Assembly (NCBI GenBank): GCA_016926735.1
Contig: JAFGOA010000006.1
Span: forward strand, 1-18,120
Source of the DNA: Promethearchaeota archaeon
GTDB taxonomy: Archaea > Asgardarchaeota > Lokiarchaeia > Sigyniarchaeales > SOKP01
Reading direction: 5' to 3'
Length of the DNA: 18,120 bases
The position numbers and the translations under genes are program-made. A model generated the notes under the pieces. That model was not told the origin of the DNA. It saw only the letters and a list, made by a program, of their open reading frames with translations, and made no database searches. Positions 1 to 8,002 of this stretch are shown here, piece by piece; the stretch's first letter is position 1, and every line of letters begins with the position of its first letter.

Positions 1-474
1 AAATCCCACATCAGAATATCTCTCAAATTTTTCAATAATCGTTTTTCCTTCATTTGGTTGTTCATGAAGGATAATGGGGATAAGACCCAGTGTTTCCAAA
101 AGCCTTGCTACCGCTTCTTTCATCTCATTATCAGAACCATGAACAATAAAAATATTTTTATTATTATATGAAACTGTTGTTTTATTTGTTTGAAAATCTT
201 GTTCAATTGAGACTCTTAATTTTCTTAAATACGTATGCAATAGGTCTTTTGTATGGGAATAAAAATAGATTAAACGCTCTGTATTAGGATTAAATAATTC
301 TTTAAATTTATTCTTTAGATAACCAAAATTCCCAGTATTTGGAAGGTCTGATTCAAAAAAATCTATTATTGATTTTAGGAATATAATTATCTGCATTTTA
401 TTAGTTGGAAAATTATTTTCGAAACTAGAAAGTTTTTCTAATATAGCTTCTCTGTTATAATCATCAGAATTCAT
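1..474 (-). CDS. TIR-like nucleotide-binding domain protein (CAP12/Pycsar-effector-type TIR, pfam10137-like); runs off the window at its 3' end
   Basis: Not in the ORF track; translated by hand from ATG at 474 (MNSDDYNREAILEKL...), open to position 1. It contains KNIFIVHGSDNEMKEAVARLLETLGLIPIILHEQPNEGKTIIEKFERYSDVGF, matching the family signature (VFIVHGHD...L..LGL.PIILHEQ.N.G.TIIEKFE). Confidence 0.9.
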   Translation of the reverse strand, partial: MNSDDYNREAILEKLSSFENNFPTNKMQIIIFLKSIIDFFESDLPNTGNFGYLKNKFKELFNPNTERLIYFYSHTKDLLHTYLRKLRVSIEQDFQTNKTTVSYNNKNIFIVHGSDNEMKEAVARLLETLGLIPIILHEQPNEGKTIIEKFERYSDVGF

Positions 475-689
475 AATAATCACATCTTATAGAGATAAAT
501 AATATTACGCAATGAATTTGAAAATTTTTTCTATAGAGAGGAATTATGTCCATTATATTATCATTACAAATATATTTAAAATCATTTAAACCTTTTTAAT
601 AAGAATTCTTTTTTTCCTTTAAATAAAAGGGGTAATTAATTAGCTTATTATATTATAAAATAATAATATTTTTTATAAGGAAAGTAGTT

Positions 690-1571
690 ATGGGAGCTTG
701 GTCAGCATCGATTAGTGGAAATGATCGCTATTTAGATATTGAAGCAAAAGCAGTCGAAGCATGTGGATTGGACCTGTTTGATTATTGTAAAGATAATTCG
801 ATTCTGACTGCTGAGTTGTTCAATACTCATTTTGATGAAATATTAGAAATCGCTAAAATTCGAGATTTACATCATGGTCTTTTAGCATTGGGATTTCTAA
901 TCATGAAGGTCGGGGCAAATATTCCAAAAGAGGTACGAATTGATATCTTAACAGAAGCAGAACTGGAACTTGTTGATTGGAAATTTGATGATCCCTGCTT
1001 TAAGCTTGAACGCATCCCTTATATACAAGAGTTTAAAAACGCTCTTTGGAATTGTCGTCGAGGTGAAAAGATCAATTTAGAGGAAATTTCGTTAATAGGA
1101 TTAAGTTTTATACGAGAAGTAATAGAACCAGTATTAGGAGAAGCAATGAAACGCAAAGCTTCAAATGAAATAATAGGCTTTTTACAAAGACTCATGTGCA
1201 AGCTGGATATACCATTGGAAGAGCTATGCAGTATTTTCAATATCTATTCGGGAGAGGAATATTTTACCTTTTTTAATACGATGATAAAATTCGAAGAAGA
1301 GTATTGCTCTCCTATAAAAAAGTATAGGAATGAGATGACCATCGGCGATTTATTTCTCAATCGAATTGTAAATAATGTAAAAATCGAAGATGTGTGGTTG
1401 GGAAAGATGAATAGTATCGATTCAAATGATCTTGAACTATTAAAAGCTGACAGTGGAAATTATTATATCTACAAGATGAGATTATGTGATAAACATTATA
1501 TTGGACAGTCGATTATCCCCCTTCAAAAACGTGCTGCCCAACATATTTCGAAATTTAAAATAGCACCATAG
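690..1571 (+). CDS. Hypothetical protein with DUF4259-like N-terminus and an apparently truncated C-terminal GIY-YIG motif
   Basis: 293-aa ORF with AAGGA upstream. N-terminus MGAWSASISGND resembles the MGAWG...ND start of DUF4259-like proteins. The last ~38 aa (GNYYIYKMRLCDKHYIGQSIIPLQKRAAQH) match the GIY-YIG hairpin and catalytic Arg helix, followed by a stop. Confidence 0.6.
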   Translation: MGAWSASISGNDRYLDIEAKAVEACGLDLFDYCKDNSILTAELFNTHFDEILEIAKIRDLHHGLLALGFLIMKVGANIPKEVRIDILTEAELELVDWKFDDPCFKLERIPYIQEFKNALWNCRRGEKINLEEISLIGLSFIREVIEPVLGEAMKRKASNEIIGFLQRLMCKLDIPLEELCSIFNIYSGEEYFTFFNTMIKFEEEYCSPIKKYRNEMTIGDLFLNRIVNNVKIEDVWLGKMNSIDSNDLELLKADSGNYYIYKMRLCDKHYIGQSIIPLQKRAAQHISKFKIAP

Positions 1572-1903
1572 CATAAATTTCTCTATTTCAAATGAAATCT
1601 TTTTTGTATCTATTTTAGTTAATTTTTTATTTATTAATAGTGAGAAATAAAAAAATTATATATAATAAATAAGAAGAATGAAATATAAATTAAAAATTAA
1701 CCAAAACCAAAAAAATTATCATGAATCAAGAAGAAGAGCTTATAGGACTTAGAGGTAAAAAGATAGTAAAATCTGAATGAGATTATTTGATAAAAAATTC
1801 AAAAATCAAAATTAGCAGTTATAATATTCAATATACTTTTATAAAATAAATTTTATAACAATAATCAACCAAAAAAAAATCGAATTTTAATTAAAGAATA
1901 TAT

Positions 1904-4900
1904 GTGTTTATATTGTTCGCAAATGAATTATATCAATATATATTATCCATGTTGAGTGGTTCGCATGAATCTTGTAGACGAATCTATTTACATCAAAAAC
2001 CATCCAAATATTTTATTATAGGATCTTTAGCAGATTATAGTAAAGATAATTCTGGGAGTCCTACTGGAGCCAATGAATTACAAGCAAAAAGTGCTTTAAA
2101 ACATTATGCTATGGCTGTAATGTTTTTAGTTGATAAAAATATACAAGAAAAGATTAAAATAAAACCTTCATGCTCGGTTTTCTATAAGATTTTCCCTACA
2201 TTTCAAGAACAATCTGAATATGTTAATGAAGTTAATAATAGTGCGGCATATGATAGCATAAGAAATGATCCCGGATTTAAAATCTATCATAAGAGAAAAG
2301 ATTGCAATTTTGATACAATTGAGATGGATCTTGAGACTAATGAAGAAAATCTCAAATTTGCAAATATATTAAATGATATTTATGCAGATTTGGATTTATT
2401 TAGGAAGGATAAGGAAATAAAAGAAGAACTGAAATCTAGAAATATAGAGAATTTTTTTGATGTAAAATGGTTAAAGGATGAATCTACCTATAATAGTACC
2501 TTAGATATTCTTAGAAAAGCATCTTTAAGAAAAAAGTACAATTGGAATGCAATAATCGAAGTAGAAAGAGAATCTTTTGATAAAGAAAAAGATATTATAA
2601 CTGTTAGAATGATTAATAAGACTATATTTAAAGGTAAAAAACCTAATTATGAGACTTTTCTTTTTAACTGCTACATTGAAATAGATTTAGGATTAAACAC
2701 TATTTATCCATTTGAGTATACATTTAATCATGAGGGATTTAATTACAGAGAACACGCCTATTTAAGAGCTCTGAATTGCCAAGGAATATATGATTCTTCC
2801 AAAAATCTGATTACAACTTTACCATATGCTATACATAATCAACTAAAAAAATCTCCAAGAATATCTATTAATAGCGTTTCTGCTAATTTTAATGATTTAA
2901 AGACTTCAATTCACTCGTTAGAAAATCTCTTATCAGAAATGAACAGTCAATATAATAAATACATAAATCATTCAATTTATAAGGATCTATCGCATTTTTA
3001 TCATGATCAATTCAAAAATGAAACAGAAAATTTTAAACTAATAATTAATCGCTTTAATGATGGAATTAAGATATTAAAATCAAATCAAAATGCGCTAAAA
3101 GCATTCAGTCTAATGAATGAAGTCTTTGAATTATCAAGCAATTATAGCGGATGGAGGATATTTCAAATAGTGTTTATAGTGATGATTCTTCCAGATTTAG
3201 TTGATTTAAAAAAAAATCGCAATCTAACAGATATTATCCATGTAAATACTGGAGGAGGTAAGTCTGAAGCTTATTTTGGTCTAGTTATTTTCTTATTATT
3301 CTGGGATAGATTAAGAGGAAAGAGTATGGGTGTTTCAGCGATCTCAAAATTTCCTCTCAGGATGCTTTCTATACAACAACTCCAGAGAATAGCAAAGATT
3401 ATTACTTTAGCTGAAGAAATAAGAAAAAGACATAAGATAGTAGGTATTCCTTTTTCGGTTGGATATTATGTGGGTGTTTCTGAAGAATTTCCACGGCATA
3501 CATATGATAAAATTCAAGAGATCTTAATAAATAAGGGAAAAGGTAAACAAATACAAGGAGTTTTATTGGATTTGTGTCCATTGTGTGGAGCAAATATAGA
3601 ATTAGAAGTTGATGAAAAAAAGCACTCGATATATCACAAGTGTTCTAATCCTATGTGTAATAATATCTATTATCTATATTTTACTAATTCGGAAATATAT
3701 CGATTTCTTCCCTCTCTTATTGTATCAACTGTTGATAAACTAGCAAGTGTTGCACTTAATAGACGATTTAAGAATCTTATTGGGGGAAAAGTATCATTAT
3801 GTCCTGAAGATCATGGATTTACACCTATAAATGATTCTTGTGAAGTCAAGATATCTAATACTAAATCATGTGATAAAATAACAACACCATTTAATGATAT
3901 TATAGAGGGTCCTACATTAATAATACAAGATGAAATGCATTTATTAAGGGAGGGATTTGGGACAATAGATTCTCATTTTGAGGGGCTTTTAAACACACTT
4001 TTACAAAAGTTTTCAGGAAAAGAATTTAAATATATCTCTATGACAGCTACAGTTTCTGGAGCGAAAGAGCAAATAGATCATCTGTATGGAAAAGAAATAT
4101 TTATTTTTCCAGGAAATTTGCCTCGTGGATATAATGAGGAAGATGACTTTTTCTTTGAATTTATACAATCAAATCAAATTAAAGAGATTCAAAGAATTCT
4201 TATTGGACTCAAGCCAAACATGAGAGATAATCAATATGCATCTTTATTAACTATTCATCATTTAGCAGATTTCTTAAAAAATATTATAAATGATAAAAAA
4301 TATTATGTTAAAAAGTTTGGGATAACATTACCAAATTTAGAAGAGGAATTAAAAAAATATAAATGTATTTTGACTTATCATGGAAAAAAAGCTGATGTAT
4401 TTGGAATGAATTATTTCTTACATACAGTTGTTACTTCAAAATTAAAAGCTTTTGATATAGTAGGTAAACCTCTTACAGGTGATAATACACTTGCTGAAAT
4501 TAAGGAGGCTATAAATACAATACAAACATTTCCAAATGATAACTTAAATGAAAAGAAAATTCATTCAACTTTTGCTACAAGTATAGTATCTCATGGAGTT
4601 GATATAGACAACTGGAATTTTATGATTTTTCAAGGAATTACTCGAGATACTTCTGAATATATACAAGCATTAAGTAGGGTAGGAAGAAAATACACAGGAA
4701 TAATATTTTTATGGTTTTATCCTAATAGAGTAAGAGATTTAAGCTATTATAAAAATTTTAACTTATATCATAATATTCTACAACAAAGAGTAGAGAGAAC
4801 TCCAATATCTCGATGGACTAAGCTGGGTTTCAAGCAAACAATAACGTCTATTATTTGTGGAGCAATTTTAAACTATATTAGTAATATAATTGAAAAACCT

Positions 4901-5236
4901 CTTTATACGGTCGAAGATGTAAATAAATTTTTTGCTGATCCTTCTCATAGGAAATTATTAAAAGATTTTATAACTGAAGCATATTATGTGGACATGCCAA
5001 GGGTAGGATCTCTGTGGATAAAAGAGAGAATAGGTGAAGAAATCGACGATAGACTCAATTATCTGGCTAAATATACTGGAAGTGCTGAAAAAAACTTTTT
5101 TCCAAATGCATTGCGAAAAAATGAAGATAAATATTTCAAGACGCAATATGGTATGAGAGGCATACAAGAGGAAGTAACACTCAAACTGAATGAAAATTAT
5201 ACAGGTTTAGTACAAAAATATATAAAAAAGGAGTGA
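1904..5236 (+). CDS. drmA: DISARM-type SF2 helicase (DrmA-like)
   Basis: 1110 aa. Walker A TGGGKSEAY (3248-3265), motif Ia FPLRMLSIQQLQR, GYYVG, Zn site CPLCG...CSNPMC, STVDKLA, motif II LIIQDEMHLL, motif III MTAT, motif V ATSIVSHGVDI, motif VI EYIQALSRVGR. It is followed by DUF1998 and PLD genes. Start codon uncertain (GTG 1904 or TTG 1913). Confidence 0.88.
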   Translation: MFILFANELYQYILSMLSGSHESCRRIYLHQKPSKYFIIGSLADYSKDNSGSPTGANELQAKSALKHYAMAVMFLVDKNIQEKIKIKPSCSVFYKIFPTFQEQSEYVNEVNNSAAYDSIRNDPGFKIYHKRKDCNFDTIEMDLETNEENLKFANILNDIYADLDLFRKDKEIKEELKSRNIENFFDVKWLKDESTYNSTLDILRKASLRKKYNWNAIIEVERESFDKEKDIITVRMINKTIFKGKKPNYETFLFNCYIEIDLGLNTIYPFEYTFNHEGFNYREHAYLRALNCQGIYDSSKNLITTLPYAIHNQLKKSPRISINSVSANFNDLKTSIHSLENLLSEMNSQYNKYINHSIYKDLSHFYHDQFKNETENFKLIINRFNDGIKILKSNQNALKAFSLMNEVFELSSNYSGWRIFQIVFIVMILPDLVDLKKNRNLTDIIHVNTGGGKSEAYFGLVIFLLFWDRLRGKSMGVSAISKFPLRMLSIQQLQRIAKIITLAEEIRKRHKIVGIPFSVGYYVGVSEEFPRHTYDKIQEILINKGKGKQIQGVLLDLCPLCGANIELEVDEKKHSIYHKCSNPMCNNIYYLYFTNSEIYRFLPSLIVSTVDKLASVALNRRFKNLIGGKVSLCPEDHGFTPINDSCEVKISNTKSCDKITTPFNDIIEGPTLIIQDEMHLLREGFGTIDSHFEGLLNTLLQKFSGKEFKYISMTATVSGAKEQIDHLYGKEIFIFPGNLPRGYNEEDDFFFEFIQSNQIKEIQRILIGLKPNMRDNQYASLLTIHHLADFLKNIINDKKYYVKKFGITLPNLEEELKKYKCILTYHGKKADVFGMNYFLHTVVTSKLKAFDIVGKPLTGDNTLAEIKEAINTIQTFPNDNLNEKKIHSTFATSIVSHGVDIDNWNFMIFQGITRDTSEYIQALSRVGRKYTGIIFLWFYPNRVRDLSYYKNFNLYHNILQQRVERTPISRWTKLGFKQTITSIICGAILNYISNIIEKPLYTVEDVNKFFADPSHRKLLKDFITEAYYVDMPRVGSLWIKERIGEEIDDRLNYLAKYTGSAEKNFFPNALRKNEDKYFKTQYGMRGIQEEVTLKLNENYTGLVQKYIKKE

Positions 5237-5243
5237 TAAATTA

Positions 5244-7172
5244 ATGAATTTAAGATTTATAGATTTTCCTGCTAGTAGTGCTGTTTTTCATATAACAAAA
5301 GGCCTTCTTTTTAATAGATTAATTGCATTTAAAGTACGTTCTATTATCCCTGATGAAAATAATAAAAATATAGAAATTCACAATAAACCAAGATTAAAAG
5401 AAAGATTATTTGAAAGAATTAAAGATAAATATAATGCAAGATTGAGAGCTACTTCTAAACCCTCAGAATATAATTTTAAAGATGAATATAAAAAAAAAAT
5501 GCTAATCAAAGATGAAAAATTGGACATTTTTGAATTGAAACTATTTCAAGTATCAGGAGGTATTGAAGATGATTTAGATCTAAGAGATATTGGAGGTGAT
5601 TTTGTAATATATCCTATGACATTTGTATGTAAGAATTTAAATTGTGGAGATCTTCAAGTAATAAAGTATAAAGATATTGATAAATTCAACCCTAAAAAAT
5701 GTAAAAGAAAAGGTTGTAATGGAGAATATGAGCAGTTAAGTCTAATGCTTTTTTGTGAGACTTGTGGAAATGTACGCCCATTTGAGTATTCATATAAAAA
5801 TGAGGAAATTACTCTTATCAGAGAAAGTAAAGACTCAATTTCAACATGGAAAGTAAGAGCAAAAACCCAACCTCCTATAGATGTATTTAGACTTATGTGC
5901 AATCATATAGATCCTCATGATAAAGGACCTTATAATCTTAGACAACGAATTTCCTCATCTAAACCCACTCAGCAAACACCGCTTACAGTAACAGAAGGGT
6001 CAATATATATTCCTGTAACCGAAACAAATATAGATATTCCAACGGCACCTGATATAGAGATGGGAGATTTAGAATATATTTTAAATGCCATTGCTCTAGA
6101 TCTATTCCCGTTTCTCTCAGTGGTTTTAAAAAAAGCAATTACATTAGAGATAATTCAAAAGTTATATGAAGGATTTAACAATGATACTGTTAAAGAGATG
6201 ACATATAATATAGATCCAATGTTTCAAGGAATATCTGATGATGAAAAAGAAAAAAAATGGAAAGAGAAATTTTTTATTGATAAAATTGAATATGTGATTA
6301 AAGATTTAAAACAAAAATATCCAAAAGAGAAAAGAGAACTTCTAAGAGAGATAAATGACTTTCACGCCTTGACTGGAAGACTTGGTCTATCAAGATTTGA
6401 AACAGTATCCTTTCAACAATATGTAGATGAAATAATTGAACCAATTAAGAAATCAAATAAAATTAGAGAATTTAATAAAATAAAAACAGATTATTATATT
6501 GACAATTTAATCTATGTTCCTAATGTAACTTTAATTAATGCGTGTTATGGAGTTATTAATGGAATTTATAAATTTTATGAAGAGGGGTTTGTTCCTCATT
6601 TTAATCCCATTTGGAAGAATTTATCAGATCCCAGTAAAGGATTTTATGCTTATTGTTATCCTTATGAGACAGAAGGTATTATTCTTCAATTAAATAAAAT
6701 AAAAATATGTGAATGGTTAAAAGAGAATGAAATCATATCTGAAATACCAATTGATGTGGATGATTTTTTCTCTTCAATTCAATTTGGTGATCGAGCATAT
6801 AAAGAAGTCTCAATATTATTGCATACACTTTCTCATTTACTTATGAGAAATTCCTCACTCTATACAGGACTTGATTTACAATCATATGGTGAGAAAATTT
6901 TCCCTACAACAGCAGCTATATTCTTTTATTCCTCATCAAGTATTAATATAGGGGGATTGCAATTTATATTTGAAAACGAACTATTTAATTGGTTTGAGGG
7001 TATAAAATATGATGTTAGAGAATGCACTTTAGATCCAAATTGTATAAAAGAAAAAGGAGCTTGCTTTGCTTGTATGTATGTACCTGAATTTGTTTGTAAA
7101 TATTTCAATCAAGATTTAAATAGAGATGTTTTTTTGGGAAAAGTAAAGTACAAAAAAGGATTTTGGAAATGA
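5244..7172 (+). CDS. drmB: DUF1998 (MrfA-like Zn-binding) protein, DrmB-like
   Basis: 642 aa. C-terminal LLHTLSHLLMR ... CTLDPNC...GACFACMYVPEFVCKYFNQDLNR is the DrmB/DUF1998 Cys cluster, and there are N-terminal Cys pairs. It starts 7 nt after the drmA stop, with GGAGTGA as RBS. Confidence 0.88.
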   Translation: MNLRFIDFPASSAVFHITKGLLFNRLIAFKVRSIIPDENNKNIEIHNKPRLKERLFERIKDKYNARLRATSKPSEYNFKDEYKKKMLIKDEKLDIFELKLFQVSGGIEDDLDLRDIGGDFVIYPMTFVCKNLNCGDLQVIKYKDIDKFNPKKCKRKGCNGEYEQLSLMLFCETCGNVRPFEYSYKNEEITLIRESKDSISTWKVRAKTQPPIDVFRLMCNHIDPHDKGPYNLRQRISSSKPTQQTPLTVTEGSIYIPVTETNIDIPTAPDIEMGDLEYILNAIALDLFPFLSVVLKKAITLEIIQKLYEGFNNDTVKEMTYNIDPMFQGISDDEKEKKWKEKFFIDKIEYVIKDLKQKYPKEKRELLREINDFHALTGRLGLSRFETVSFQQYVDEIIEPIKKSNKIREFNKIKTDYYIDNLIYVPNVTLINACYGVINGIYKFYEEGFVPHFNPIWKNLSDPSKGFYAYCYPYETEGIILQLNKIKICEWLKENEIISEIPIDVDDFFSSIQFGDRAYKEVSILLHTLSHLLMRNSSLYTGLDLQSYGEKIFPTTAAIFFYSSSSINIGGLQFIFENELFNWFEGIKYDVRECTLDPNCIKEKGACFACMYVPEFVCKYFNQDLNRDVFLGKVKYKKGFWK

Positions 7173-8002
7173 AAGATAATAATTATGATGATATTATAAA
7201 GATTATAAAAGATATTCTGAATAATGATAATGAAATATCTGTAAATCAACTAATTAATTCAAGAGACTTAGCTAATTATGAATATGAAAATAAATTATCT
7301 CTTACAAAATACCTTTTATCCATAGGTCTATTGGAATTAAAAGACCAAAATTCAAATAATACATTAGAATCATTAGTTGTTAGATGGAATAAAGAAAAAA
7401 ATGATTTTGTAGTTCCAAAAAAGAAAATTCTTAATTTTAATACGATAAGAATCTGTATTACTCTTCCTCCCTTTAATATTTCCGGATTAATTAATCAGAT
7501 GAAAAAATATAATTTTCAAATGAATTCACTTGTAAAAGAATTTTCAGATTTATTTTTGAGAGCTAAGACTTCGATTAAAATTTGCTCTCCCTTTTTGGAA
7601 TATAATGGATTTGCTTATTTTGAGGAAATATTAATTAATAAGGTAAGACAAGGAGTTAAATTGCAAATTCTTAGTCGACAAATAAAATATGATGATAAAG
7701 ATTCCCGTTTTGGTGATTTTAAAAACATTTTTAAAGTATTTTTAGATAAAGGGTTAGATAGATCAATAAATATTAGAAATTATTATTTTCAATCAAAAGA
7801 CAAGTTACTAATGAGCAGTATTCATGCAAAAATGATATTAATTGATGATTATTTTGCTTATATTGGGAGTGGAGAAATTCGGAAAAATAGTTTTAAAAAG
7901 AATTTAGAGATTGGTATAATCCTTAGTGGTTCAAAAGTTTCTGAACTCGTTTATATATTTGATAAATTATTTTCAAAATCAGAGGTTATGAATTTTGTCT
8001 AG
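7169..8002 (+). CDS. drmC: Phospholipase D-family nuclease, DrmC-like
   Basis: Single HKD motif HAKMILID-x6-GSGE (7823-7876) plus IKICSPF and NLEIG. The ATG at 7169 overlaps the drmB stop (ATGA), so it is a more likely start than the TTG at 7163. Confidence 0.85.
   Translation: MKDNNYDDIIKIIKDILNNDNEISVNQLINSRDLANYEYENKLSLTKYLLSIGLLELKDQNSNNTLESLVVRWNKEKNDFVVPKKKILNFNTIRICITLPPFNISGLINQMKKYNFQMNSLVKEFSDLFLRAKTSIKICSPFLEYNGFAYFEEILINKVRQGVKLQILSRQIKYDDKDSRFGDFKNIFKVFLDKGLDRSINIRNYYFQSKDKLLMSSIHAKMILIDDYFAYIGSGEIRKNSFKKNLEIGIILSGSKVSELVYIFDKLFSKSEVMNFV

Noticed and set aside
480-690. Specific TATA/BRE promoter calls in intergenic regions
   Set aside because: The DNA is so AT-rich that TTTAWATA-like boxes occur repeatedly, so none can be singled out without transcript data.
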